NCBI GenBank assembly: GCA_964354405.1
Contig: CAYGZP010000001.1
Location: forward strand, 84,879 to 148,878
Reading direction: 5' to 3'
DNA: 64,000 nucleotides
Source of the DNA: Candidatus Woesearchaeota archaeon
GTDB taxonomy: Archaea > Nanobdellota > Nanobdellia > Pacearchaeales > UBA284
Below, in pieces: positions 9,291 to 18,832 of the stretch. Position 1 is the stretch's first letter, and each line of letters starts with the position of its first letter. Made by a program: the position numbers and the translations under genes. Below the pieces are notes generated by a model. That model was not told where the DNA came from and did no database searches. It saw only the letters and a list, made by a program, of their open reading frames with translations.

Positions 9291-10694
9291 ATGGATTTTA
9301 TTTATATTGATATTGCTCTTCTAGTTATTTTTTGCGCGGTTTTGGGGGGTTTTCTATACAAGCACAAGAAAAAGCTAAAAGTAGAATCAAAAATTTTCCT
9401 TCTCTACAGAACAAAAATCGGCTTGAAATTTATTAATTGGGCTAGCAAAAAGTTTTCTAAAGCTCTTCATGTGTTGAGTTATTTCTCAATAACTTTCGGG
9501 GTTGTAGCGATGTTAGCTGCCTTCTGGCTTCTGTATCGCAGCATTGAATTAATATTAACCATGGTATCTGTTCCAAAAGTTCCTCCAATCATGCCTCTTG
9601 TTCCATACTTGCCACAACTTTTCAACCTTCCATTGCCTCCATTTTATTTTACTTATTGGATTGTTATCATAGCGATAGTTGCTGTAGTCCATGAGTTCGC
9701 GCACGGCATCTTCGCCTCTCTTTACAAATTAAAAGTAAAGGCAACTGGCTTCGGATTTCTCGGCCCTTTCCTTGCTGCTTTTGTAGAGCCAGATGAAAAA
9801 GCACTAAGAAGACGCAGGCCAAGGCAACAGCTCGCTATATTGTCCGCAGGAAGTTTCTCAAATTTTACTTTTGGGATAATTTTCTTGTTACTGATGCAGC
9901 TTTTCTTTGCAGTTTGTTATCAACCAGCAGGAGTCATAGGATATTTGTATGGAAATCAGAGAATAAACGCAAGCTCAATAGAAACTGTAGGAAACTATTC
10001 CATAGATAATTTTCTTAACATGAGCGACAAACAACTCGAAAACATCACAGAGCTTCTTGAAGTCAAGACAGAAGACAACGGAACATTTTACTTAAGACAA
10101 GAATTATTTGATTCATTCAAATTAATTAGCAAAGGAAGCTTGACAGCGATTGTTTATCTCGACGCTCCCGCAGTCAAAGCAAATCTTTCAGGCGCATTGC
10201 AAAAAATAGGAGATTATGAAATAAACAAAATCGAAGACGTTCATGACGCGATAATCAACTTCAAGCCAGGAGAAACAACAACAATAAAAACAAATCAAGG
10301 CGAATATGAAATAACTTTTGCAAATAATCCTACAAATGACTCATTGCCGTATCTGGGGATTGGTTTCCCTTATATTGATCAAACAACATTAACAATCTTT
10401 GAACTATCCTCCCCATTTTTCTCTCCATTTACTTATGCAGCTCCAAGATTCAATCCTGAGATTCTTCAATTGATTCAGTACTTGTTTTGGTGGTTAATCA
10501 TAATAAGCTTCTCGATTGCGCTCATCAACATGCTTCCATTAGGAATACTCGACGGCGGGCGCTTCATTTATGTCGCAGCTCTAGGATTAACAAAATCCAA
10601 AAAAATCGCAGAATTTGTTTTCAAAGCAGCTGCGTTCATTGTATTGTTGATTCTTTTAATTTTAACAGTTGTCTGGTTCGTTAGAATAATTTAA
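9291..10694 (+). CDS. site-2 protease family (peptidase M50) membrane metalloprotease
   Basis: HEFAHG zinc-binding HExxH in a TM helix, a C-terminal LPLGILDGGR (LDG) motif, and a central soluble (PDZ-like) insert. Confidence 0.7.
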   Translation: MDFIYIDIALLVIFCAVLGGFLYKHKKKLKVESKIFLLYRTKIGLKFINWASKKFSKALHVLSYFSITFGVVAMLAAFWLLYRSIELILTMVSVPKVPPIMPLVPYLPQLFNLPLPPFYFTYWIVIIAIVAVVHEFAHGIFASLYKLKVKATGFGFLGPFLAAFVEPDEKALRRRRPRQQLAILSAGSFSNFTFGIIFLLLMQLFFAVCYQPAGVIGYLYGNQRINASSIETVGNYSIDNFLNMSDKQLENITELLEVKTEDNGTFYLRQELFDSFKLISKGSLTAIVYLDAPAVKANLSGALQKIGDYEINKIEDVHDAIINFKPGETTTIKTNQGEYEITFANNPTNDSLPYLGIGFPYIDQTTLTIFELSSPFFSPFTYAAPRFNPEILQLIQYLFWWLIIISFSIALINMLPLGILDGGRFIYVAALGLTKSKKIAEFVFKAAAFIVLLILLILTVVWFVRII

Positions 10695-10763
10695 AATGTT
10701 ATAAGATTTGATGCGTACTAAAATTATTTAAAACAAATTTTCTTTGGATATTAATAATTTGGC

Positions 10764-10834
10764 GGGCCCGTAGTCTAATGGCAAGACGCCTCCTTCGCAG
10801 GGAGGAATTTCGAGTTCAACTCTCGACGGGTCCA
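10764..10834 (+). tRNA. tRNA-Ala (anticodon CGC)
   Basis: Hand-folded cloverleaf: acceptor GGGCCCG/CGGGUCC with a G3:U70 Ala identity pair, D stem gtct/agac, anticodon loop TTCGCAG, T stem tcgag/ctcga with TTCAACT loop, discriminator A; no encoded CCA. Confidence 0.8.
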
Positions 10835-11110
10835 TTTTTGTGTGATTTTTAGCGAAATTTTCAAAAATTCCCAAAAATTTCTTTTTCAGAAAAATTCTCA
10901 AAAAAAAGAATAAGTATATAAAGAAAAAGCACATTTATCTTTTAATAATTTTAAATTCAAATTAAAGAAAAAGAGGTAAAAAGATGGCAAAAAAGAAAAA
11001 GAAGGGAAAAAAGAAGAAGAAAAAGAGATAATTCTAATTAATTTTTTATTTTTTCTTTTTTTATTTTTATTTTTTATTACTATTTCTATCAAAATTTATC
11101 AAAAAAAAGT

Positions 11111-11473
11111 CTAGAATTCAACTATTCCGTCTCGCGTTAATGCAACAAATTTGATTCCTACAGGAAGTTGCAGCAATGCAGAGATAAGTGCCATATGCTC
11201 TTTTCCTTCGCCAGAAGCTATAGACAAAGCGACTTCTGTTCCTTTGAACTTTCCATTCAATTTTTGTTTTATTTCCTCGATTGCTTCTTTGATTGATTTG
11301 TCAAAACTCACACTTATCACTTCCGCTTTCTTGCTAAAATCAAATTTACCTACAGAAGCTTTGAAAAAATTATCGCAAATTAAAGTTATGCTATCCCAGG
11401 CGCCCCTGTTGACCAAGCCTGCCACTTGCCCCCATGTTCCTTTTCCAGATGATAACAATGCGATTAACTCCAT
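11111..11473 (-). CDS. hypothetical protein
   Basis: ORF only; no motif recognised. Confidence 0.3.
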   Translation of the reverse strand: MELIALLSSGKGTWGQVAGLVNRGAWDSITLICDNFFKASVGKFDFSKKAEVISVSFDKSIKEAIEEIKQKLNGKFKGTEVALSIASGEGKEHMALISALLQLPVGIKFVALTRDGIVEF

Positions 11474-11523
11474 AAAAGAATTTGAGACTTAAAGTTTATA
11501 AGTATTATGTCATTATTGTATAC

Positions 11524-11994
11524 ATGAAAGAACGTTCATTGAGCGAGATCACATTAAGAAAATATGAAAAGCCTTATGAACTCGGCCAGCGCGATTTGTT
11601 GAAAAAGATTTGTTTGAGTTTAGGATTGTTACAACCTGGGGATTCTAGAGATATTGTTGTTGATATTTTACAAGTTTTGTTTGAAACGAGAGACAGCAAA
11701 AAAGATTTGAACTTGGAACAAGTAAAAACATTGGCCATAGAAAACAGAAAAAAATCAAACTTGGAATTAAAAGGAATTGCGGATTCAAACATCAGAAGAC
11801 AGTTGAAAAGACTCAGAGATTTATTCCTTGTTGAAAAGAATAATAACCTTTATAGGATAAGCGAGTTCGAAAGTCTCGAAGAAATCTTCTCAAAAAAGAT
11901 AGAAAAATTCCATGTTGCAAGCATCATAGAACGCATTAAAGAATATCTGACAGCGTTGGAAAAATCTAAAAAATCAGAAAAGAAACCTTTATAA
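11524..11994 (+). CDS. hypothetical protein, possible winged-helix regulator, immediately upstream of the L1-P0-P1 operon
   Basis: Start chosen at the internal Met (MKERSL); helix-turn-helix-like segment LSLGLLQPGDSRDIVVDILQVL; occupies the position where rpl11 is usually found. Confidence 0.3.
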   Translation: MKERSLSEITLRKYEKPYELGQRDLLKKICLSLGLLQPGDSRDIVVDILQVLFETRDSKKDLNLEQVKTLAIENRKKSNLELKGIADSNIRRQLKRLRDLFLVEKNNNLYRISEFESLEEIFSKKIEKFHVASIIERIKEYLTALEKSKKSEKKPL

Positions 11995-12068
11995 ACGCCC
12001 CTTCTTTCTTCTTATTATTCCGTTAAAACTACTACTTGACGGGTCAGTTTGAGGATGTAGGAGGAAAA

Positions 12069-12689
12069 ATGAATTTTAACGAATCCTTAGAAGAATTAAG
12101 AAAAGTAAGCAAAAAGCGAAAGTTTGATCAAACTGTAGACTTAATCATAAATCTAAAAGATTTCGATCCGCGCCGAGATTCTTTAAACACTTTCGCAATA
12201 TTGCCACATCTAAGCGTAAAAAAGAAAGTTGCCGCGTTCTTGGAAAAACCTTCTTCACACGCATATTCTATAACAAAAGGGGATTTAGAGAAAATAGCAA
12301 AAAGCGATTTAAAGAAACTTATCAGAGAATATGATTTTTTCATCGCTAATGCGAAACTGATGCCCTTTATTGCACAAAGGTTCGGAAAAGTTTTAGGAAT
12401 CGCAGGAAAGATGCCCGATCCCAAAATGGGCTGCGTTCTAATGCAGGAAAATGAAAAGGCAATTGAGGATATTATCGAAAAACTATCTAAAATGGTTAAA
12501 ATAAAAGCTAAGGAAGCAAGTTTGAAAATAGCAGTTGGCAAGGAAAGCATGCAAAACAAAGAGATAGCCGAGAACACACAGATTGCAATAAAAACAGTCA
12601 CAGAAGCTCTGCCGAAAAAAGAGCTGAACATCCGCTCAATCATGCTAAAATTCACAATGAGTAAGCCAGTAAAAATAAAACTCAAATAA
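12069..12689 (+). CDS. rpl1: 50S ribosomal protein L1
   Basis: L1 blocks (FDQTVDLIINLKDFDPRRD, GKMPDPKMG); GGAGG Shine-Dalgarno 7 nt upstream of the ATG at 12069, which is preferred over the track start at 12036. Confidence 0.85.
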   Translation: MNFNESLEELRKVSKKRKFDQTVDLIINLKDFDPRRDSLNTFAILPHLSVKKKVAAFLEKPSSHAYSITKGDLEKIAKSDLKKLIREYDFFIANAKLMPFIAQRFGKVLGIAGKMPDPKMGCVLMQENEKAIEDIIEKLSKMVKIKAKEASLKIAVGKESMQNKEIAENTQIAIKTVTEALPKKELNIRSIMLKFTMSKPVKIKLK

Positions 12690-12717
12690 AAACCAGAAAA
12701 TAAAAAAATAAATCAAA

Positions 12718-13542
12718 ATGGTAGCAAAAAAAACAAAAGGCGCGAAGAAAGAAAATAAAAAAATAGAAGCGCAAGTTTCAGAAGAAAAGAAACAGATACT
12801 CAGCGAACTAGTGAAACTCATTGACACCCACAATACCATAATGATTGCATCTATAGTAAATATCTCTTCATTACAGTTTCAGAAGTTAAAGAGATTGCTC
12901 AAAGGAAAAGCTATTGTAAAAGTTGTCAAAAGAAATCTTGCATTGAAAGCGTTTGAGAAAGCCAAGGAAAAGAAACAGGATATTGAGCAATTAGAACCCT
13001 CAATAAAGAGCAACATAGCAATATTACTTTCATCTCTCGAGTCATATGAACTTGCGGCAATTCTCGCAGAAAACAAAAAGCCGGCAAAGATAAAAGCGGG
13101 CCAGATTGCTTCTCAAGAAATTGTTATAGAAGCCGGGCCAACTGATTTGCCAGCAGGCCCCGCAATATCTGATTTATCAAAAGTAAAACTAAAGGCAGGA
13201 ATAGTAGGCGGAAAAATAGTTATCAAAGAGCGAGCTGTTTTGACGAAGAAAGGCGAAAAAGTTTCAGATGATGTTGCCTCTGTTCTATCAAAATTGGAGA
13301 TAATGCCATTGTCAGTTGGTCTCGAGCCCTTAGCTGCTTATGATTCAAAAGAAAAAAAGATATATCACAATATAAAAATAGACAAGCAAGGCATGCTCAA
13401 CGAGTTAAAGCTATATTCGCAACACTCAATTGCTTTGGCTGTTCATATTGCCTATCCAGCCACAGAAACAATTAAATTATTGCTAAGCAAAGCTAATGTT
13501 CAGGGAAATCTTATATTAAATATGACTAACAAGACAAATTAA
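12718..13542 (+). CDS. rplP0: 50S ribosomal stalk protein P0 (L10)
   Basis: Typical P0 N-terminal domain and the conserved L1-P0-P1 gene order. Confidence 0.85.
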   Translation: MVAKKTKGAKKENKKIEAQVSEEKKQILSELVKLIDTHNTIMIASIVNISSLQFQKLKRLLKGKAIVKVVKRNLALKAFEKAKEKKQDIEQLEPSIKSNIAILLSSLESYELAAILAENKKPAKIKAGQIASQEIVIEAGPTDLPAGPAISDLSKVKLKAGIVGGKIVIKERAVLTKKGEKVSDDVASVLSKLEIMPLSVGLEPLAAYDSKEKKIYHNIKIDKQGMLNELKLYSQHSIALAVHIAYPATETIKLLLSKANVQGNLILNMTNKTN

Positions 13543-13553
13543 ATGGAGGAAAA

Positions 13554-13835
13554 ATGCAATACATATATGCAGCTTTACTTTTGCACAAGGCAGGCAAAGA
13601 AATCACTGAAGAACATCTGAAGAAAGTGATTGAAGCTACTGGAACTCACGCAGACGAGTCTCGAGTGAAGACAGTTGTAGCAAGTTTGAAGGGTGTTGAC
13701 ATCGAAAAAGCACTTTTAGAAGCAGCTGCCATGCCAGTTGCGGCAGCTGGAGCCCCAGCACAAGCAAAAGCAGAAGAGAAGAAAGAAGAGAGACATGAAG
13801 AAGCTGCAGAAGGTTTAGCTGCCCTATTTGGCTAA
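13554..13835 (+). CDS. rpl12: 50S ribosomal stalk protein P1 (aL12)
   Basis: [12 protein letters not shown]-terminus, Ala-rich hinge, acidic C-terminal tail; GGAGG SD upstream. Confidence 0.85.
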   Translation: MQYIYAALLLHKAGKEITEEHLKKVIEATGTHADESRVKTVVASLKGVDIEKALLEAAAMPVAAAGAPAQAKAEEKKEERHEEAAEGLAALFG

Positions 13836-13842
13836 GGTTAGA

Positions 13843-14316
13843 ATGAATCCTTTGCTAGAGGGTATGCTTCTAAGCCTTTTGCCTATAGCTGAGCTTAGAG
13901 GCGGCATTCCCTATGCAGTCGCCTTAGGCACTAATCCTATCGTTGCATTTATTTTCTGCACTCTTGCTAATATTCTTGTTATTCCCATATGCTTTCTTTT
14001 TTTGATAACTCTTCACAAGCTTCTGTTAAAGAGCAGATTCTACAAAAAAGGTTTCAATGCTTATCTCAATCACAATAATCATAAAAAAGAGAAAGTGAAG
14101 AAAGCTTACGAGACTTATGGCTTGATTGCCTTGACTGTTTTTGTCGCGATTCCTCTTCCATTGACAGGAGCATGGACAGGAACATTCATTGCATGGCTTC
14201 TAGGACTAAAACGAGTTAAAAGTTTCTTTGCAATCGCCTTGGGGGTCATAATCGCGGGGGTGATTGTAACTCTAATAACAACGGGAATCCTAGCTTTTCT
14301 TCGCTTTTTGTTGTAA
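13843..14316 (+). CDS. small multidrug-export-like membrane protein (COG2426/Sm_multidrug_ex-like)
   Basis: About 155 aa with 4 TM helices and a conserved N-terminal ELRGGIPYA block; ATG at 13843 preferred over the TTG at 13828. Confidence 0.4.
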   Translation: MNPLLEGMLLSLLPIAELRGGIPYAVALGTNPIVAFIFCTLANILVIPICFLFLITLHKLLLKSRFYKKGFNAYLNHNNHKKEKVKKAYETYGLIALTVFVAIPLPLTGAWTGTFIAWLLGLKRVKSFFAIALGVIIAGVIVTLITTGILAFLRFLL

Positions 14317-14829
14317 TAAGAACTTTATATCAGAAACAAAAGGAACAGATTTAATCCCAAACACCCAAACACTGAAAAACCATATTACAACAACAAAAAC
14401 CGTGCTCAAAACATACCAAAATAGCTTGTGAGTAATATCAAACATCGCAGAGTTATTTACAAACAAAGAAATCAGTACAATTAATCTCACAATATTCAAG
14501 AGTAAAAGGCAGAGAGAGTCAAAAACAAATAAGGCTATTCGTTTTCTAAATCCTATATCTCTAGTAAGAGCGTTAAGCAGGAACAGCAAGACATATGCGC
14601 TTCCAGCAACACAAGCATCGATGATTGAAATCCCCACACCATTGACAATCAAGCTCTCCAAGCCGTTCAAACTCACATCATAAAATGCTCTTAACAAAAA
14701 ATATACAGGAAAAACAGTCAATGGCCTGAAGATAATATAAAATAATGGAAAAATCAGCGCGAACAATGCGATAGCCATCGCAATCCCATATCTCAGTAAA
14801 ATCTCGACTCCAGGATTAATCTTTGCCAT
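14290..14829 (-). CDS. polytopic membrane protein, possibly exosortase/archaeosortase-family
   Basis: Multi-TM; a Cys in IDACVAGSAY and an NIVRL (NxxR) motif reminiscent of the exosortase/archaeosortase Cys/Arg/Asn triad; weak. Confidence 0.3.
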   Translation of the reverse strand: MAKINPGVEILLRYGIAMAIALFALIFPLFYIIFRPLTVFPVYFLLRAFYDVSLNGLESLIVNGVGISIIDACVAGSAYVLLFLLNALTRDIGFRKRIALFVFDSLCLLLLNIVRLIVLISLFVNNSAMFDITHKLFWYVLSTVFVVVIWFFSVWVFGIKSVPFVSDIKFLLQQKAKKS

Positions 14830-14877
14830 GAAACATCAAAGGACAATTTATTTAAATATCTTTAGACAAAATATAAT

Positions 14878-15438
14878 ATGAAACACAGGCAATTAGTAAT
14901 CTTCTGCGCAGCAATTCTAGCATTTATTCTCGCGCTGATTTTTGATTCACAGATTCTCGCTTTCATAGAAATCATCAAATGTCCTTGTGCAAACAGCTTC
15001 TTTTCAGTGTTAATGTTCATAGAAAAAGAGATTATATTCTATCCCTTAGTCATTCTCTCTACATTGATTATCCTATTCACAAAAGACAAGAAAAAAATCC
15101 TCCCGTATATCATAAGCTTGGCAGTAATCGCGATAATTGGACTCTCGTTAAAAGCCATTGTAGCAAGGCCGCGCCCGAACAACATGTCAATTCACTCATT
15201 CCCTTCAGGCCACACAGCTCTCGCATTCGCTTCATTATCATTTTTCAAAAATAAAACCTTGAAAGTAGTCTGGATTGTTTTTGCATGTTTATTTGTTCTC
15301 GCTCGAGTATGGGCTAACATGCATTATCTAAGCGATGTCATTGCAGGCGCTATCTTAGGTTACTATATCCCCCTAATTGTTACAAAGATAATAAATAAAA
15401 AAATAGCAAAGAAAAGCAAAAGAAAAAAGAAAAAATGA
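14878..15438 (+). CDS. PAP2-family lipid phosphatase (phosphatidic acid / polyprenyl-diphosphate phosphatase type)
   Basis: All three PAP2 motifs: KAIVARPRP, FPSGHTA and ARVWANMHYLSDV. Confidence 0.7.
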   Translation: MKHRQLVIFCAAILAFILALIFDSQILAFIEIIKCPCANSFFSVLMFIEKEIIFYPLVILSTLIILFTKDKKKILPYIISLAVIAIIGLSLKAIVARPRPNNMSIHSFPSGHTALAFASLSFFKNKTLKVVWIVFACLFVLARVWANMHYLSDVIAGAILGYYIPLIVTKIINKKIAKKSKRKKKK

Positions 15439-16037
15439 CACGAGCAATCACAGAAATAGGAAGGCAATTATTCCATATCTTATGCGGGATAATCGTCATT
15501 CTCCTTATATTGACTCTGCAGCGCGAAATCGCACTGATAATCATTTTCCTTGCATTTTTACTGATTACATTGATTGCGATAGTTTCAATAAAAATCCGAC
15601 TCCCAGGAATCAGCTGGTTTTTAGAAAAACTTGAGAGGGATTATGATAGAGGGCTCCCTGGAAAAGGTTTAATCTTCTTTTTAGCAGGATGTCTATTGAC
15701 ATTCAAACTTTTCACGCAGGACATCGCGCTCGCATCAATCGTTGTCTTGACTTTTGGCGATGCCATGTCAACTCTCGCTGGATTTTTCGGCCAGAGATAC
15801 AAACATAAGCCATTCAGCAAATTCAAAACACTATATGGTACAATAATTGGTACAATCGTCTCGTTCCTAATCGCATTGATTTTCATAGAGCCCCTTTACG
15901 CAGCTGTTGCAGCAATATTTGGCATGCTCGTAGAAGCTTTGGCAATCAAGATAGGGGAAACAGAAGCAGATGACAATCTGATAATTCCTTTGGCAGCGGG
16001 CACAGCATGTTATTTGTTAAGGCTAATACTAAGATAA
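15435..16037 (+). CDS. CTP-dependent polyprenol (dolichol) kinase-like membrane protein (cytidylyltransferase family)
   Basis: Polytopic; conserved FGDAMSTLAGFFGQRYKHK block resembling the dolichol kinase / CDP-alcohol CTP_transf_1 signature; overlaps the PAP2 gene by 4 nt. Confidence 0.45.
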   Translation: MTRAITEIGRQLFHILCGIIVILLILTLQREIALIIIFLAFLLITLIAIVSIKIRLPGISWFLEKLERDYDRGLPGKGLIFFLAGCLLTFKLFTQDIALASIVVLTFGDAMSTLAGFFGQRYKHKPFSKFKTLYGTIIGTIVSFLIALIFIEPLYAAVAAIFGMLVEALAIKIGETEADDNLIIPLAAGTACYLLRLILR

Positions 16038-16084
16038 ATTTAAATAAACTTGAAATTTATAATCGTTATAAAAAGAGTATAAAA

Positions 16085-17548
16085 ATGACAGTTAAGAGCA
16101 AATTAGACGATGTAATGAATCTCGCGATGAAGCGCGGGTTTTTCTTTCCTAGCTCCGAGCTTTATAGTGATGCTCCGAGTGGATTTTTTGATTATGGCCC
16201 GAACGGGGCTGCATTAAAGAACAAAATCATTGAACATTGGCGGGAGAGATTGAAAAAAGACAACGCTCTTGAGATAGATGGCTCGCAGATAATGTCTAAA
16301 AATGTTTTTACAGCTTCAGGACATCTCATCTCATTTACAGATCCTCTTGTAAAATGCGAGAAATGCAAATCAATCTATCGCGTAGATAAGCTTATAGAAG
16401 AAAAAACCGGCAAGGCAATTCCTGAAAAATTAAGCATCGAAGACTATGACAAACTCATAGAAAAATACAAAATCTCCTGCACAAAATGCAAAAGCAAACT
16501 CAGCAAAACCGCGCGATGGAATATGATGTTTAAAGTTGGAATAGGTCCAGAAGGAAAGGAAGCTTACTTGAGGCCAGAAACATGCCAGAGCATCTTTGTT
16601 GATTTTCCGCGATTATATCAAACAATGCGAATTAAATTTCCGCAGGCAATCGCGCAATTAGGAAAAAGTTTTAGGAATGAAATCTCGCCAAGACAGTCAT
16701 TATTGAGAATGCGTGAGTTCAATCAGGCTGAGATAGAGGTTTTCTTCAATCCAAACAGGGCTAATATGGAAAAATTCAGCAGAATAAAGAAAACCAATTT
16801 GAGATTGATGACTGGAAACAAAATCCAAGATGTCAGTGCAGAAGATGCTGTCAAGAAAAAGATAATCTCGAGCCAGCTCATAGCATATTATCTCGCATGG
16901 ATCCAAGAATTCTACGAATCTCTAGGAATTAACAAGGAAAAAATTAGATTAAGAAAGCTAACTGATGAAGAGAGAGCATTCTATGCCAAAGAAGCTTGGG
17001 ATTTAGAAGTTGAAACAAGCTTGGGATGGATTGAGATGGTTGCATGCAACAATCGCGGTGATCATGATTTGAAAGGACATGCAAAACAATCTGGTAAGAG
17101 TTTAGAAGTAATGGATAACGATGAAAAAACCCTCCCGAACATATTCGAGCTATCAATGGGGATTGACAGAACTGTATTTGTCTTGCTTGATTTAGCTTTT
17201 GAAAAAGAAATGGTCAATAAAGAAGAGCGGGTTGTTCTGAAACTTGCCTCGAGCATTGCTCCGACTTATGTCGCAATATTTCCATTAGTCAACAAAGACG
17301 GTTTGCCAGAAGTTGCAGAGCAAGTCTATACAAAATTATCAGAAGAATTTGACGCAGATTACGATTACTCCGGAAGCATCGGAAAAATGTACAGGCGACA
17401 TGACGAGATAGGCACTCCTTACTGCATAACCATAGACCATCAAACTTTGAAAGACAAGACAGTAACCGTCAGATATCGAGACACAATGAAACAAACGCGG
17501 GTTAAGATAGACAAACTTGTTGAAGAATTAAAGAAAAAAGCAAAATGA
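16085..17548 (+). CDS. glyS: glycyl-tRNA synthetase (archaeal/eukaryotic alpha2 type)
   Basis: N-terminal GFFFPSSELY...GFFDYGPNG class-II GlyRS signature, Zn-like CxxC pairs in the insertion, C-terminal anticodon-binding domain; start moved to ATG 16085 to avoid overlap with the upstream gene. Confidence 0.85.
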   Translation: MTVKSKLDDVMNLAMKRGFFFPSSELYSDAPSGFFDYGPNGAALKNKIIEHWRERLKKDNALEIDGSQIMSKNVFTASGHLISFTDPLVKCEKCKSIYRVDKLIEEKTGKAIPEKLSIEDYDKLIEKYKISCTKCKSKLSKTARWNMMFKVGIGPEGKEAYLRPETCQSIFVDFPRLYQTMRIKFPQAIAQLGKSFRNEISPRQSLLRMREFNQAEIEVFFNPNRANMEKFSRIKKTNLRLMTGNKIQDVSAEDAVKKKIISSQLIAYYLAWIQEFYESLGINKEKIRLRKLTDEERAFYAKEAWDLEVETSLGWIEMVACNNRGDHDLKGHAKQSGKSLEVMDNDEKTLPNIFELSMGIDRTVFVLLDLAFEKEMVNKEERVVLKLASSIAPTYVAIFPLVNKDGLPEVAEQVYTKLSEEFDADYDYSGSIGKMYRRHDEIGTPYCITIDHQTLKDKTVTVRYRDTMKQTRVKIDKLVEELKKKAK

Positions 17549-18063
17549 TGTTCAGAACCCATATTCTTTTCGCATTATTCTTCTACATTCTTGCAATCCA
17601 ACTTTTCTCATTAAACTTTTCAATCATATTTGCAATTATTCTTACATTCGGCGCAATCTTGCCAGACGTTGATTCTCCAACAAGTTTTGTTAATAAGAAA
17701 TACTTGTTCGGAATTGGGCAAGGCATAGCACTCTTTTCAGAACACAGAGGATTCTTCCACAGTGTCTTTGGTGCATTAATCTTTTTTACACTGGGGTTAA
17801 TCGTAATTTTCTTTCTCAAAGTTTCAATTATATTTGCGATTGCTCTCGCCTTCGGATATTTACTTCATCTTGCTGCAGATTCTTTAACTGTCTCAGGCAT
17901 AAAATGGCTATGGAAATCAGGGCATATCAAAGGTCCAATCCGCACGGGAAGCATCTTTGAACAATTATTCTTCATGGGTTTGATAATAATCACAGTCTAT
18001 TTAATCATCGGCGGCCAAGGCTTGCAGCAAATCACAGCATTCGTCTCAAAGATAAAACTCTAA
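17545..18063 (+). CDS. membrane-bound metal-dependent hydrolase (YdjM/DUF457-like)
   Basis: Four TM segments with conserved His/Asp positions (PDVDSP, HRGFFHS, HLAADS). Confidence 0.45.
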   Translation: MMFRTHILFALFFYILAIQLFSLNFSIIFAIILTFGAILPDVDSPTSFVNKKYLFGIGQGIALFSEHRGFFHSVFGALIFFTLGLIVIFFLKVSIIFAIALAFGYLLHLAADSLTVSGIKWLWKSGHIKGPIRTGSIFEQLFFMGLIIITVYLIIGGQGLQQITAFVSKIKL

Positions 18064-18103
18064 TCCAATTAAATTTAAATATTCTTTCGAGTTCTAGAAA
18101 CTA

Positions 18104-18174
18104 GGGCCCGTAGTATAACGGCATTATTCGCCCTTGGCTTGGGTGAGATTCGGGTTCAATTCCCGACGGGTCCA
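18104..18174 (+). tRNA. tRNA-Ala (anticodon GGC)
   Basis: Same acceptor stem and G3:U70 as the first tRNA-Ala; anticodon loop TTGGCTT; T stem tcggg/cccga with TTCAATT loop; position 37 is a pyrimidine, so the anticodon register is less certain. Confidence 0.6.
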
Positions 18175-18316
18175 CTTCCAAATAACTTCTCAGAAATTTC
18201 TCAAACAAAAACCGAAAAACAAACTATATTGTCGAAAAGTTGCATAAAAGTAAAGAAAAGATTATAAAGTGATTATTCTTAACAAATCTCTGTAGGGGGA
18301 TTTAAAGCAACTTACA

Positions 18317-18802
18317 ATGAAAATTGGTATAATTGGAGACACTCACGATAATATTCCGAACATTAAGAAAGCTGTGCAGCTATTCAAAAGGAAAAAAGTA
18401 ACTTTTGTTATACATGCCGGTGATATAGTCTCTCCTAGGAGCATTGAATTGTTCAAAGGATTGAACATGATTTTTGTTCAGGGCAATTGCGATGGCGATC
18501 CCGAGAAACTGAAAGAAAAGATTTCAGAAATAGGCGGCAAGTTCTTTATCGGGGGCTTCGGCGAGATTGAGATTGGAGGGAAAAGATTTGCTATAACCCA
18601 CAAACCAACGGTCATTGAAAATATACTAGGGGCAAAATATGACTTCATTATTCACGGCCATACTCACGAAAAAAAGATAGAGAAGATAGGCAAAGTTGTA
18701 GTAATCAACCCAGGCAGCCATTATTTAGGCGATTCAAAGAAAGAAAATTGTGTTGTTATAATAGACTTAATCAAAAATCTCATTGATGTTATCAAAATCT
18801 AA
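18317..18802 (+). CDS. metallophosphoesterase, YfcE/MJ0936-like
   Basis: GDTHD, GD(I), GNCD and GHTH metal-binding motifs. Confidence 0.7.
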   Translation: MKIGIIGDTHDNIPNIKKAVQLFKRKKVTFVIHAGDIVSPRSIELFKGLNMIFVQGNCDGDPEKLKEKISEIGGKFFIGGFGEIEIGGKRFAITHKPTVIENILGAKYDFIIHGHTHEKKIEKIGKVVVINPGSHYLGDSKKENCVVIIDLIKNLIDVIKI

Positions 18803-18832
18803 AAAAATTTAAAAGAGGTAAATAAAAAGCCA

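Noticed and set aside
10728-11092. Two low-complexity ORFs (F/K-rich) in the AT-rich spacer after tRNA-Ala
   Set aside because: One would overlap the tRNA; both are homopolymer-driven (poly-A/T) frames
12128-12685. 185-aa minus-strand ORF overlapping rpl1
   Set aside because: Antisense to ribosomal protein L1; no independent support
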